Source: the human T2T-CHM13v2.0 reference genome, Homo sapiens
Length of the DNA: 64,000 bases
Strand: one strand, 5' to 3'
Assembly (NCBI RefSeq): GCF_009914755.1
Contig: NC_060933.1
A model generated the notes under the pieces. It did no database searches. It was not told the origin of the DNA and saw nothing but the letters and a program-made list of their open reading frames with translations. This document shows positions 1-19,887 of the stretch, in pieces. The position numbers and the translations under genes were made by a program. Position 1 is the stretch's first letter. Each line of letters opens with the position of its first letter.

Positions 1-2255
1 CAAACCAGAATTCTATATCCAGTAAAAATATCCTTCAAAAATGGTGAAATAAATTCACTGTCAGATTAAGAAAAAAAAATCTTCCACAGCCAACCTGAAC
101 TACTGGAAGTGACAAAATTCTGTAGGCTAAAGAGAAATGGCACCAGATCAAACTCACATCATTAGAAAAGAATAAAGAGCTTCCAAAATGGTAAATATCT
201 CTGCAAATGTAAAAACTACCTTTTTTCTTTTTAATGTCTTTAAAACATACATGACTTGATAAAGCAAAAATTGTGTTGTAATGTATACAGATGTAGATAC
301 ATATGACAATCACAGCTGAAGAATGGTAGAAAAAATTTAAGATTCTAAATTTACATGAAGTAACAATAATAATTCTAAGCAAACTGTGAAAAGTTAATGA
401 CATTTAGTGCAATATTCAAAGAAATTACTTCTTAAAAATGAAAAGAGGTATAACTAAAAAGCCAATAGGTAAATTAAAACGAAATTCTAAAAAAAAGTTC
501 AAATAATCCAAAATAGGGTAGGACAGGAAGAAAAGGAATAAAAAACATAAAAGACAAACAGAAAATAAAATTGTAGACCTAAATCCAGTCAACAACTACA
601 TTAAATGTTAACAGACCAAATGCTCAAATTAAACACTCAGACTGTCAAACTGGATGTTTTTTTTTAAAAAGATCCAACTATATACTGTCTACAGAAATCA
701 CACTTTGGATTCAATGACACAAAAAGGCTGGGAGTAAAAGAATAGAAAAGACTATATCATGCAAACAGCAACCGTAGGAAAGCTTGAAGGGTTATACTAA
801 TATCAGACAAAATAAACTTCAGACAAAGAACACTGCCAGAGATAAAGAGAAACTTTCCATAATTATAAAGGGGTAAATCATCAGGAAGACACAAAAATCA
901 TGTGAATGCACTTGATTATCTTCACCCTCTTATAGCCCTATCTAAATGTGCACAGTTCCCAGGACACAAACCTCAGCTTTCTCACTCCACAACTCCTTCT
1001 AAGAAAACTTAATTCCACCCCCATTACTTTAACTATCAATCTGTTGGCTCTTAATCCTGCTCTTCATTCAGAACTTCTTTATAAAGCATAAGATTGTGTA
1101 AGCAATAATTACAACATTGTATTGTTGGGATTCTAATATGTATAAACATAACATGTAAATCAATAACAGCATAAAGAATGAGAAGGAAATGAAGCTATAT
1201 GGGAAGTTTTGATATTGACTGGAATTAAGTACACTGTAAAAAGATGCACATTTTAATCCCTATAGGAACCACTAAGAAAAGAACTCCAATTTCTTTAAGT
1301 TAGATAACAACAAAAGCAGTGAAAGAATGAGAAGAATGTAAAAGACATGAAACAAAACAATTAGCAAAATGGCAGATGTAAATCCAATCATATTAATAAA
1401 TGCATTAAATTGGAAGCACTAAAACACTCAGACTAGTTAAGAAGCAAGATCCAACAATATGTTATCTTCAAGAAACACACTTTAGATTCCAAGGTACAAA
1501 CAGGTTCAAAGTAAAAGGAATGAAAAAAGGTACGATATGCAAAGAGTAATAATCATTCGGCAGCTGGAGTGGCAATATTATCATTAGACAAAATGAACTT
1601 TAAGTCTAGAACTATTATGAGACAAAAAGCAATATTTCACAATGATGGAAGAGGCAAACTATCAGGAAAATGAAACAACTATAAATGTATACACAGCTAA
1701 GAACAGGGCCTCAAAACACATTAACCAAAACCTGCCAAAATTAAAAAGATATACAATTTAATAATATTTTAACACCTAACTCTTAATAATTAACAGAGCA
1801 CCTGGGCAGAAAATCAACAGTGTATAAGAGATCTGAACAACACTATCAACTAACCTAATTGATACTTATAGAACACTTCACCCAACAACAGCAGAATATA
1901 CATTCTTTTCAAGTATGCATGGAACATTTTTCAGGAGAAACCATAAACTAAGTCATAAAACAAGTCTCAAGCAATTCCAAGGATTGAAATCAATCAAAGT
2001 ATATTCTCCAGCCAAAAGAATTACATTAGAAATCAACAGAAGGAAATTTAGGAATTCCTGAAATATTGGGAAATTAAACAACACACTTCTAAAAAAAAAA
2101 TGGGTCAAAGAAAAAAACCACAAAGAAAATTAGAACATATTGTCAACTGAATCAAAACAAAAATACAATATATCAAAATCTGTAGAATGTAGCTAAAGCA
2201 GTGTTTACAGAAAAATCTATGGCTTTGAATGCCTCCAGTAGAAATAAAGGTCTCA

Positions 2256-2605
<350 letters not shown>

Positions 2606-2759
2606 GGCAAAAAAAAGAGCATATTAAACTCAAAACAAGCAGAAAGAAGAAAGCAATAAATAAAAGAAGGAAATCAATGAAACAAAACAGAGAAAGTCAA
2701 TTAAACCAGAAGTTAATTCTTTAAAAATATCAACAAAATTGACAAACTTTTAGCTAGGC

Positions 2760-2986
2760 TAGGGTCTCTTAACCTCAGCACTCTTGACATTTTGGAACAG
2801 ATAATTCTTTCTTGTGGTGGGCTGATCTATATATTATAGAATGTTCAGCAACATCTCGGGCTTCTATCCAACAAATTACAGTAAGCCTCACTAAAAAAAA
2901 ATTTACAACTAAAAATGTCACCAAACATTGCCAATGTCCCTGGGGGAAAAAGTGGGGCAGACACAATCACTCCTGGTTGAGAACTA
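2760..2986 (-). mobile_element. MER20 (hAT-Charlie MITE)
   Basis: agggtctcttaacctcagcactcttgacattttgg...ggttgagaac matches the MER20 reverse complement. Confidence 0.85.
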
Positions 2987-3639
2987 ATAAGCTGACAGAC
3001 CAAGAAAAAAGAAAGGACACAATCAAAATCAGGAATGAAAGACACATCACTCCCTACTCTATAGAAACTAAAAGGATTATAAGGAAAGATTAGCAACAAC
3101 CATGGGTCAACAAATTAACCATTTGCATGAAAGTGGATAATAGAAATGTTTCTAGGAAAAAAACTAAGGGGAAATTGCAAGAAATAATTCACTGTACATA
3201 AGTAGTTAACGAGAGGCAAATTATGGAAATTTATAAGTTTATTGTGTGAATAAAATGTGTTGTAGGGGTTGGTTTTTTATATCATTTAAATACATAAGTA
3301 GTATATGCTTGTTGCAACAATTTAAATGTCTGAAACAAAATTAGCTTACCTTATTCTCCCCCATTCCTATTCCATCAATATAGCTACTGCTAACAATTTG
3401 ATATGTATCCTTCCTTTTATTTTTTGGCCTGGCTCATACAAATATTACATACAAATATAATGGTTTATTTTGTACAAAAATGAGACTATACATATTTTGT
3501 ATAAAAATGAGACTATACACCTTTACAGTCATATGAACTAAAGAAACTTGCTGTATGTAATATACTAAATTTAAGCCTCCAAGAGCGTGCATATAGTTAC
3601 ACATATGAACTGTATGTTTCAACTATAATTTTTTTTTCA

Positions 3640-3900
3640 ATGTCTACAATAAAGTTTATAGGAACTCAGCCATGCCTGTTTCTTTATGTATCATCTATGG
3701 CTGTTCGTGTGCTAAAGGGCAGAGACTGTATGGCCCACAAAGCCTAAAATATGTCTATCTGGCCCTTCCCAGAAAACGCTAGCCATTCCCTGCTCTAGAG
3801 CAGTAGCTTTCAATTTTGGAACCATCTGGAAAGCCTTAACAATTAAGATTTAATTGGTTTGGGGTGAGCCTGGGTGTAGGGGTTACAAGAGTCCCCATCA
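3640..3900. mobile_element. MER58-like followed by MER5-like hAT MITE fragments
   Basis: cagagactgtatggcccacaaagcctaaaatat...tggccctt (MER58); tttaattggtttggggtgagcctggg (MER5). Confidence 0.65.
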
Positions 3901-4097
3901 TAAATAATGTATTATTCATAATAGCTGCATAATATGGCTATAAATTTCCACTTTGGTATATCAAAAATTACTCACACATTCTCTCAGTGATAGACATTTA
4001 GGTTGTTTCTTGAACTTTGACATCACAAATAATGCCACATGAATATCTCTATACTCTCTCTAACTAGCATTTTTATTTCAGTTAAAATATATTTCTT

Positions 4098-4382
4098 GGC
4101 CGGGCACAGTGGCTCACGCCTGTAATCCCAGCACTGTGGGAGGCCGAGACCGGCAGATCGCCTGAGGTCAAGAGTTCGAGACCAGCCTGGCCAACATGGT
4201 GAAATTCCATCTCTACTAAAAATATAAAAAATTAGCCTGGTGTTGTGGCCTATGCCTGTAATCCCAGCTACTCGGGGGGCTGAGACAAAGAATGGCTTGA
4301 ACTCGGGAAGTGGAGGTTGCCATGAGTGGAGATTGTGCCACTGCACTACAGCCCGGGCAACAGAGTGAGAGAGACTCTGCCT

Positions 4383-4437
<55 letters not shown>

Positions 4438-4438
4438 T
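4098..4438 (+). mobile_element. Alu with long polyA and (TA)n tail
   Basis: Alu consensus; A tract followed by (AT)n. Confidence 0.95.
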
Positions 4439-4917
4439 CTTAAAGTAAAAATAAAATACCAGGTGCTGGGTCAAATACCAGGTACAATTTGTTTTAGTAC
4501 ACATTGCCAGATTATTTTCCCCAAGTTTGTAATAATTACTACACCTCCAACAGTGTATGAGAGTACCCTCTCCCCGTGCCTTCAACAGCACCAGACATTG
4601 TCATTCTAATTTCTGTCAATCTGACTACTGAAAGATATCTTTGTTGTTGTTTTCATTAGCAGTTCCTGAACTGTAAGGGAGTAAAGAAAATTTTTGTACA
4701 TTTCTTGGTTGTTTGCATTTCTTCTTTCAACTATAAATTCCAAACTTTCTCTCCCAAATGGATAGCTAACTGGATTATCCTATAAAGGATGGAACTGCCT
4801 TTCACTACCAACTTATACTGTGTTGGTTGGCTAATCCTAGGCACTATAAACAGAGTCACTATATTATACACCCCAAGGGACAGTATTCAGGAGTTAGACC
4901 CCAGTGGTGGCTGAAAA

Positions 4918-5407
4918 GGTGGGAAGAGGGTCATTCTCTGATAGTGGTATGGTCAGGAGTATTTTCAGTGGTGAGGAGTATTTTCAGTGGTGGGAAGAGG
5001 GTCATTCTCTGATAGTGGTATGGTCAGGAGTACTTTCAGTGGTGGAAAGAGGGTCATTCTCTGATAGTGGTAAGGTCAGGAGTACTTTCAGTGGTGGGAA
5101 GAAAGTCATTCTCTGACAGCGGTAGGGTCAGGAGTATTTTCAGTGGTGGGAAGAGGGTCATTCTCTGATAGCGGTATGGTCAGGAGTATTTTCAGTGGTG
5201 GGAAGAGGATCATTCTCTGATAGCAGTATGGTCAGGAGTATTTTCAGTGGTGGGAAGAGGGTCATTCTCTGATAGTGATAGGGTCAGGAGTATTTTCAGT
5301 GGTGGTAAGAGGGTCATTCTCTAATAGTGGTATGGTCAGGAGTATTTTCAGTGGTGGGAAGAGGGTCATTCCCTGATAGCGGTATGGTTAGGAGTATTTT
5401 CAGTGGT
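4918..5407. repeat. 52-bp minisatellite (VNTR), about 9 copies
   Basis: Unit ttttcagtggtgggaagagggtcattctctgatagtggtatggtcaggagta; anchor motif at 4928, 4999, 5051, 5103, 5155, 5207, 5259, 5311, 5363. Confidence 0.97.
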
Positions 5408-6024
5408 AATGCTGGAGTAGGGGTTCTAGGTTGTGACACAAAGAAGAGTCTACAGTGGTAGGAGCAATGGACAAAAGTGTTTATCTATAGGTCTGAAGGA
5501 TTCATTTTCTTTTGTTTTTGTTGGGTTTTTTGTTTGGTTGGTTTTTTTGAGGAGGAGGTATTTCATATGACAATGCAGTGAATATACCTGGCACATTTAA
5601 TTTTGCACTGATATAACGAACACCCTTGTTCATTAGTTGCCTTAGTTGATAAGTACAATATTTCCAGAGCCTGGAATCCAATACAGTGGCTTTCTTAATT
5701 AAAAGGTACAGGTATTTTAAATTATGCAAGAAACAATGGGGTGGTATCAACTATCCTCCAAATGCATGGGCTACATGGGAGGAAGTTATCAAAATAAATA
5801 TAAGGGTCTATGACCAAGAAGAAGGGTTAATAGACACTGAGATCTTGAAACACTAAATGCCTGCCAAACATCTTATCTGAATGACCTAAGCCTCCAGAAT
5901 AATGAAATTTTTAAAAATTAAATAAAGATTATAATTATTAGACCTTAATTCTAACAGAAATACCTTTTATGTGCACTGTTAAATATTAAAGTAGTGCTGG
6001 TTTTCTCTTATCCAAAAAAAAAAG

Positions 6025-6027
<3 letters not shown>

Positions 6028-6057
<30 letters not shown>
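6028..6057. repeat. (GT)n microsatellite
   Basis: Direct reading. Confidence 0.97.
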
Positions 6058-6060
<3 letters not shown>

Positions 6061-6763
6061 AAATCATGCACAGTTTTTAGTCTCATCAAAGTCCTTTTTA
6101 CTATCTATTAAGGTAATCACATGGATTTTATTTGACCTGTTCAGATAATGTTATAGTGATATATTTCCTGGTATCTTGCGTTCCTGAAATGTGTTCTTTA
6201 ACAATGATATTCATATTTCCACGTACAGACTTAATTCCCTAAAGTTTTATTTGAGCCTTTTCACATTATGTTCCTGAGTACAAAGTCAATACTATTTGTG
6301 TACTCTATCGGGGTTTTGATATCAATTTAGTACTATTACCATCACAAAATATAAAAAAAGTCTAATTACAGCTGACATTTATAGAACATTTTAAATATTC
6401 TTTTTACATGCTTCTCATGTAAATCTCATGACAACCGTGTGATATTCGTTACCTCTACTTCAGAGATGGTACAGCTATTATACATCTTAGAAATTCAATA
6501 ACCTCCCTAAGGTACCCAACCACTAAATAGTAGAGCCTGAATTTCAAAGTGAGGACCCCATAATAACCAATATTCTATGCTACTTGATATCTTTTTGCCA
6601 AAAATCTATATCAAGTAGCACTGGAATTAGGTACTATTTGTAAATGGGAGGGTGGTAATCATATATAAGTAAAATTGTAATCATTATTAGAAACCATGCT
6701 TTGAAGATCAATTTCCTCCAAAGTTATTCAGTTTTCCACTCGAGTCAATTTGAGAAAGTTTGA

Positions 6764-7064
<301 letters not shown>

Positions 7065-7171
7065 TGAAAGTTCAATTTTTGTGGAAAATCATCCATTATT
7101 AGAAGTTTGAACATTTTTAGCATCCACTTTTAAAGAATTAAAAAAGCATTTCAAAAACAAAGAAGAGATCA

Positions 7172-7354
<183 letters not shown>

Positions 7355-7779
7355 TCAATACTATAACGATCACTGTTTAAAAAACAATTCTACTCTTTTA
7401 AAAACAGAAAGCATTTACACGTCGCACTTCCTTACTCTGTTCTATAGCTTAATATAGCTTAATATTGTTCTATAGCTTAAATTCTACTGACTTAAGTGAG
7501 AAACACATTCTATTTCAGAAAACCACAAATCACAAATATCCCTTCAACCCTGTTCAGTAATCTTACATCACACCTGGAAAGTTCACCTTTCCACTCTCAA
7601 AGACTTTTTACACTTACTCTGCTCTCCTCAAAACTCTGATAATCCTTCTTCCCATCCAACTCCATTCTCAGTTAGTGCCCTGCTTCATAACTGGTATAAA
7701 TCCAGCAAGAATACACTCACTTTCCTGTCACCAGATCCTTAAGCCTACCTATCCTCCACCTATGTTCTTTCTTCCCTGT

Positions 7780-9590
<1,811 letters not shown>

Positions 9591-10324
9591 TAATTTTTTT
9601 TAACTTTTATTTTGAAGTAATTATAGATTCACAGGAAGTTGCAAAAATAGTAGACTGGTGCTTTGTAACCTTCACTCAGTTTCCCCAATGGTTACATTTC
9701 ACATAACTATAGGACAATATCAAAACCAGGAAAACCGACACAGTTGCTACTTTCCTGTGAGAGCCTCATGGTCGGCCTGTACTGGCCCTTGGGTGCTCAG
9801 GGGCCCCTTGTTTTATCTGGTTCTTAAATGTTTGTTACCACAGAAAATAAAACTGAGCTTTAAAAAAAAATGCTAAGGGTACCTAAGACCCTTTCAGCAA
9901 ATGTGCAAGGCCAAAGACAATTTTCATAAAAATACTAACACATTATTTACCATTGACACTGTGTGGACATTTGCACCGATGGTCCAAAGGCAATGATGGG
10001 TACAGAGTTGGCATTGCAGCAAAATGAAGGCAGTGACACCAAACTGTTCTAATAGTCAGTGCATTTTTCACCACCATGAATTTGTAGTTTAAAGAGAATG
10101 CCAGTTTTACCCATGAGTGTACATCATCTTAATATTCTGTGTGCATAAAATCATTTCTGCTGCACATTGAAATATGATGGTTATCTTGGGAGAAAATACA
10201 TGCAACTGTCTGAATGACAAGCTAAACTAGCCACTTTTTTCCAAAGAACATCATTTTTACTTCAAGAAAACGATGGACAAACAATGATTATTCAGACTGG
10301 GATATTTTGCCAGACATTTTCTTT

Positions 10325-10632
<308 letters not shown>

Positions 10633-10872
10633 TTTGCCAGACATTCTCTTTTCATGGAGATAAGCAAAGTGAGCCTGTCACTTCAAAGGAAACAACTAAT
10701 AGATTTGTTGCTGATGATAAAATTTGAGCTTTCAAGCAAAAATTGGAATTTTGGAAAACACTGATCTACCATAATGACCTTGACAGTGTCTCAATATTTA
10801 AAGAATTTTCTCATAAAATCAATGGTGATATTAACAAATATAATTTCTTAATATTGTGTAAAAAATGTGTCA

Positions 10873-11184
<312 letters not shown>

Positions 11185-11907
11185 TTATAAGATTTGATTT
11201 GCATAATTAAATCAGTACTTTCCAAATGACCAATGCATGGTGTTACAAAATCAGATGTGGATAAAAGTAAGTGTAAGATAGACCAACGGATTTTAATGTA
11301 ACAGAGTACAAAAGTTCACTAATATGGTTTCAGATTCCACATTGTAACTAACCTATACGACACTATCACTTATCAAGCTTTAGTGTAATATCAAGGAATA
11401 TCTATTTCAATTTGAATCTCAAATAATATGGTTTTATTTCCAAAGCACATTTTCATTTAATACTGTTTGTTCTACATTTTAACTATGACTTTTGCTTTGA
11501 TCACATTTTTACTGTTTTTCTCCAAATAGTGAACACATGATTTTATTTTCCTCCACCATAAATCAAAGGACAACAATCTAAAAAGGCTACTAAAGTACTC
11601 CTTCCTTTACTATATATTTCTGTGTGAACCCAGATATGTCTTCTTTGTACCCTTCAACAATACAACACACACAAAAAAATGTATGTGTATATATATTTAC
11701 ACATAACATGTAAACTCAGAAGCAGATAAGAGAATCTGTTTTCTATTAAGCCAGACATTAATAAGATCTGCAAAAATGTAATAAAATATGCCACTCTTCC
11801 TACCAAACCTATTTTGTTTAGGAAACCATAGTTATTTTTAATGCAAAAACATTATATGTTATGCAGTGGGTTTATTATTTTTTAAATGAATTGATAAATA
11901 TTTGTAA

Positions 11908-12247
<340 letters not shown>

Positions 12248-12997
12248 CTTAATTTGTTATATGATAAATATCAACAGATAAAATAATCCGCATGAACAAA
12301 AGTTTTTTGGAGTATCATTAACTTATAATAGAAAAAGGTTCTAAAGCCAAAAAGTTTGATAACTGCTCTTTTAGGCTTCTCTTGTACATTCAGTGATCTT
12401 GATCTGGTTCTTTTTGGTGAGAAATGATATATAAGTCACCACAATCTGTGTACTAGAGAGCAAACACATCTTTTAAAAAATTTCTGTAACCCAGATTTGA
12501 GAGAAATTTGCATTCACAGAAACCAACATTCTAAAATTTAATAACTGACCATTTTGTTTTTCGTTATTTTTCTTTTAAAAGGTCATCTTTTTTTTTTGGC
12601 AATTAATAAAACATCTATTCAAAAAATTCAACATGCAATTCACAAACATACAAAACACAGTGAATGGAACACAGGTCCTAAAATTAAGAGCTTGCTTTGC
12701 CAGTAACCCTGACTAGTTAAAATTAATTACGCCAATTAAAATAAATTTACCACTACAAAAGAAAACTTTCATCTTAGTGATTCCTTTGTGAGAATCATCC
12801 TTTTCCAAATGCCAGATGGATAGATGGGTAAATTTTTTAAAGGCAAATAAATGGAAATAAACAGTTAAATCAATCTATTTTTATTTTTATCTACAGAAGG
12901 AAAACGGAACAAAATTATATTCTAAGCCACTTCCCAACTCAGCTCTAAAATTTGTTAAGACTGCTGGTTGACACTAATGTTGAGAGTCAGAGGGTGA

Positions 12998-13012
12998 ACA
13001 CCAGAGGGCAGC
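12998..13012 (+). promoter_or_regulatory. Candidate CTCF-binding motif
   Basis: ACACCAGAGGGCAGC is close to the CCASYAGRKGGCRSY core; lies in unique sequence. Confidence 0.5.
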
Positions 13013-13131
13013 TCTACCATTTGACTACATTTTGGCTTTGGAAAATCTGAGGGCGGTGGGATGCAAATGAAAGAAAAAAAGCTATATATGAGCAATTTGA
13101 GATACTACACTGCAAAGCAGAGGAATGTTAA

Positions 13132-13464
<333 letters not shown>

Positions 13465-13639
13465 CACCTAACCCTATTTTTAGATGCATCAAAATAAGGC
13501 TGAGACCAACTTTGGGAGGTTCCATTTGTAACTGTCAGTGTTATATATGTAACAGTGAGAAAATTATGGAATTGAAAAAACGATCAATGTGTAACACATC
13601 AAATCAAGTTAACTTCAAATGCATATTTTTTTAAATAAT

Positions 13640-13778
13640 TTCATTTATTTATTTATTTTTAAGAGAAAGGGTCTCACTATATGCTGCCCAGGATGATCAA
13701 ACTTCTGGGCTCAAGCGATCCTCCCACGTGAGTCTCCCAAAAAGTTGAAACCATAGGCACATGCCACCACATCCAGCC
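13640..13778 (-). mobile_element. Alu monomer (FLAM-like)
   Basis: Single diverged left-arm match. Confidence 0.8.
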
Positions 13779-14299
13779 CAAATAAATATTTTAAGGGCAT
13801 TATCACTCAAATATTTGTTTCATTGTATTGGTCTCATGCTGCTTTTGATTCTTTGAGCTTATATTCAATCTTGGAGCTATTTTCCTAAAAATATAAATTT
13901 GCTTGAATATGGCAAAAGTCCCAATGATATGCAGATACTGTCTTTGCAACAAATAATTTCCTAAGTAAGGGCAAGGGATATAAAACCTATATTCACATTA
14001 TAAATAAATTACACTACCTTTTTCACCTTAAAATATAAATCAAATGCAGGCAATAAAGACTTCCTCATAAATACGGTAAAAAAAAATAATAAACAGCAAA
14101 AAAAAAAACCATAAAAACATACAAAAGTTTTAGGATTACACAGGATGCATGGTAGTAAAACAATTTCAAACAATATGGCTTTATTTTCAAAATGCACCTT
14201 ATCTTTCAGAAATTTCTGCTCAATTATAACTTTTATTCTGGCTTTAATCACATTTTTACTGTTTCTCTCCAAATACTAAACACGTAACTGTTTTCTTCT

Positions 14300-14702
14300 A
14301 ATTTATGTGGAATGGATTATTTTTTACCATAACACAAATTAAAACTGAACAAATTTTAAAGTACTCAATCATTAAATCACTTAAAATAATAAATCCATTA
14401 CATAACATTTTTATAAATGGTATCTGTATTTTACCAAAAAAGTAAAGATTTAGAGAGAAGAGCGGCAGTGTTTTACATTACTACAAAACTCTTTTAATGT
14501 CTGGCTCAGTAGAAGACAGAGTCTCATACCTACTTCTGTATTCAACCTGTTACAGTATCACACATCATGAGGCCTCTGGAAAACAGCACTTTATACTCAT
14601 GAGAAAATGAGCGTGAATAAAGCAAATCATCTCTCAGTACTACTATGAAAATGGTTGTGACCTCATTCCTCTAAGGTCCACAGCTAACACCTTGAGAACT
14701 TC
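14300..14702 (-). mobile_element. Charlie1-related non-autonomous hAT element
   Basis: Reverse-complement similarity to both ends of the Charlie1 copies; terminus ccttgagaact. Confidence 0.65.
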
Positions 14703-16054
<1,352 letters not shown>

Positions 16055-17789
16055 TAAAGAATTAAATCAATTACTATATTGTAGGAGTGATCAAACAGTC
16101 CACATGAGGAACACCATGAACAGAAGACAATGTAAAACACCGTAACAGAGAACAAAAACAGACTCTGACAGATTGCTTTATAAACAGGGAAAACAACCCT
16201 CTCCAAGCCCCCATAACCACTATTCCACTCTCTACTTCTATGAGATCAACTTAGATGTACTACCTTTTACCTGTCTTTACCAATAGGTCAATTAGGAAAG
16301 GAAAAAATGTGAATTCCTTTTTGGGAACTGTTTCACCTGTTTCCAAAGGTTAGTGTCTGCTTTCATTACCATAGTCAAGATATTCTCAAATGCCTGTTTT
16401 TATCTCCTCTTTGACTCAGGTTGTTCAAGAGAGTTTTAAATTGAAGGTGAACAGTCTTTGTTGTTAGAAGCAGCCTGATTCTTTTTGCCCCATATAATGT
16501 TATCTTTTTACCTAGCTACCCAAAAGACTATCTTTAAGGTCCAAAACTTTTCTAGAATATGTTCTGCTATCTAGCGTATATCCTACTCTGCTCAGTTTTC
16601 TCTGACACAGCCTGTGTGTTTTAAGTCATCATTCTTCCTTCTCCCTCCATGCACTCAACCAAAAGTTTTCTTGATACGTTTCTAAAAACATACCTTTTAA
16701 ATAATACATTCTATTCCACTGTTTCCATTCCTTCCTTGGAAATTACAGTTACAAGTATATTGGATTTCTTTTGTCAGTCTTACACATCTAACCTTTTATC
16801 TCCAATCTCTTTAATCATTTGTTTACATCCATTAAATTGTGATCACTTTCTCCATTACTATTCTTTGTGTGTTTTACTGTGCTTTTATAGTATCTACTTT
16901 CAAACTGCTGCTAATTTAATTGTCCTTTCTGTGATATTTTCTCTTCTGCTTTAAGTATTGCCAGTTCACATTTCATCTCTTCCTGCTGACTCACAATATC
17001 ATCTCTCAATTTATCTGTTTCTGTTTTATGATCTTCACAGAGGTAACTACATCATCAGTTTTTTTTTTTTAATTTGTAGTGAAATATTTTATGAGAATTT
17101 TCACCTGCTTCCTAAAAATGTTATTTCTGGTAACGACTCTCTGTCTCTCTCTCTTTTTTTTTTTTAACAGTACCTTTTAATTACTCATTGAATGAGCTGA
17201 ATTTTCCTCGATTGGTAACTTGTATAAGCTCCTATAAAAAGATGGGAGGTGAAGGAAGACCAGGGTAGCATTTCAAATTAATTAGGCCTCACAATTGAAT
17301 GGCTCTCTCCTTTGCTGCCACAGAGACAAACTACTTTGGATACATGCTATTGGTTTACATAATTGTTGAATAGTCTGCCTGATCTGCTTCTCTGGACCAA
17401 TTCCATCCATGAAATATTGTTCTCCCATCTCTACACAACCCAGTTACAGTGAGTTGTCAAACTGTTGCAAAACAATTTAGGGTCCACCCTAAACCTTCAA
17501 CAAGTATATTTTTGCTGGAGCTTTCTGAGATCTGCTATTCTGAGCCCTCTGGTCCCTATGTGTACTTATCTTCACTTCCTCCCAAGTGGCTTCTGCCCAA
17601 TGTCCCAGTTGCATTTGGCAGCCTTTACATGTATTGCTGAGTCTGCAGCTAATGTTTCCTAATCTTGCCAATAACTGAATTTTCAAAGAATGAGGCTGTT
17701 TAGTCCTCCTAGTTTTTTGAGGATTTGAAATAATTTCCAGGAAGAGATGGGGAAGACAGAATTATTCAATGATGTTCAAACTGGAAGTT

Positions 17790-18510
17790 TAGATATACAA
17801 TTTTTAAAGGCCTCCTGGCTCTTGTGAAGTGAATGGATTACATAAAGGAATCAAGAGTAGAGGCAGAGAAGTAAGGAGACTATTACAGTGGTCTTAGAAA
17901 CAGATGATAAAAGCCTGGTCAAGGTAGCAACAATGGGCATGGAGAAATACACAGACAAGTGATTTACTTTTAGTGATAGATACAAAACATAGTATTCACT
18001 GGTAGCCTGGATGAAGAATGCTAAATGAAAAGATTGTCAAGGATGACTCCCAGATTTATGGCTTGCACTTCTGCGTGGTTAGAATCTCATTTCACTGAGT
18101 CAGAGTAACACTAGAGGATGAAAAGATTTGCAAAGGCTCAATCTGGGGGAACACATAATGTGGGAGATGACTATGAAACTTCCAGGTAGCAATACTTAAT
18201 AGGCATGGAGATACAGAGGGATTGGTCTCCACTACAGATGACATCTAAATCAATAGGACTCAAATGAGATTGTCCAAGGACACTGTATAGGTTAAAAGGA
18301 GAAAAAGTTTAGGACTGAGTCCTGAGGACTATTTAGAGGTCCTACAGAGGAAAAAGTCCCATAAGTAGGTTTAGAAGCAGTGGCCAATGAAGTGGGAAGA
18401 AAAACAAGAGACAATGGTACCGCAGACACCAACTGAAATAAGTTTCAAATAGGAGGGACAACATCCAAAAGAAATGTCAACTGCTGCTTAAAAGTTAAAT
18501 AAGACAGAAG
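17790..18510 (-). mobile_element. L2 fragment
   Basis: gtcaaggatgactcccagattt, gtaaggagactattacagtgg. Confidence 0.6.
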
Positions 18511-19887
18511 CAAAAATAAAATAAATCCACTAAGTTACCACCTGAAAACTAAAGGTGGCCTTGGGCTTCTATAGCCTATCAACATGGAAAGACAGGAAAT
18601 AAATGAGGTAAACCAAGTACTTGCCCTAGCTTACAGCCTTGACAGTTTCAGGTAATGTAAGAAAGCAGAACCCAGACAGCCCAACAGTCTTCTTTAGTTG
18701 AGGAGATAAAGGTAAGAGTCCAGGGAAACCATCGTGGCTAGAATTCCAAGAAGAGATGACCAGAGGAGAGAGAGCTGCACAGAGAAAACTCCAGAGATGT
18801 GCAGAAAGCCTCCCTCAAATACACAGCTGAATACAGATCAGCGCAGGAGTGTAAGGAAACTACCCAAGACTAGGAAAAAAAATCATCAGAAAGGATTCAA
18901 AGTAATACTGCTAGGTAATCACAGGACAGGGAATTGTGTCTGATCCCACCAATCAAAATTTTAAAATCTCATGATTAGCAGAACACTGGATAGAGTACAC
19001 ACAGGGGTCTAACCTCAGTAGTAAGGAATAATTTAGTCAGATAGACTGAGAATAGCTCCAGTCCTATCTAACAAACATTAAAAGAAAGACTCAAAAGATT
19101 CACACTTTTTTGAAGTAACTTAACTGCATCCCAGAATAAGGCTCAAGAATATTTAAGGAATACAAAAATGTCCAGGACAGCAGAAGGTAAAAATCACCTA
19201 TCAAAAGTTACCAGGCATGCACAGAAACAGGTAAGTACAATCTATAATGGGAACAATCAAAATGAACAAAGAATAGATACAAACATTATAATTAATAAAC
19301 AAGGATATTAAAATAGGTGTTGTAACTATATTACGTGTGTGCAAAACTAGTCACTTAAAAAATATTAAAAAGTCCCAAATCAGACTACAATGTCTGAGAT
19401 GAAATATACTTTGTATAAGATAAACAGCAAATTTTATGTGTCAGCAAAAAAAGATGAGTGAACTTGAGGACACGCAATAAAAAGTATCCAAAATAAAAGA
19501 GAGAGAAAAAAGAATTAGGAGAAAAAATTTGACAGGGCAGTGAACTGTGAACCAATTTCAAGGAAAGACATATACATTTCATTGAAGTTCCTGAAGGACA
19601 AGAGAGAGAGAAAAGAACAGAAATATGTAATAAAATTATGACCAAAATTTTTCCAATTTTGATAAGCTACATACCCAAGAAGCTCAATAAACTAAAGGCA
19701 CAAGAAACATTAAAAAAAAAAAACAAAAAACCTACATCAAGGGACATCATAATCAAACCTTCCAAAATCAGTGATTTTTAAAAGAAAATGGGAAAAAGCA
19801 GCCAAATAACAAAAGACAGGCTATACACAGAAGAACTAAGATAAGTATGACAACAGAATTATCTTCAGAAAAAAAGCAGGCAGCCAG

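Noticed and set aside
550-1750. Repeated endonuclease-like segment at about 550-900 and 1370-1750
   Set aside because: Two diverged old L1M fragments covering the same consensus region
4918-5407. CRISPR-like appearance of the regular repeat and its small ORFs
   Set aside because: Units are head-to-tail with no unique spacers, there are no cas genes, and the context is primate DNA
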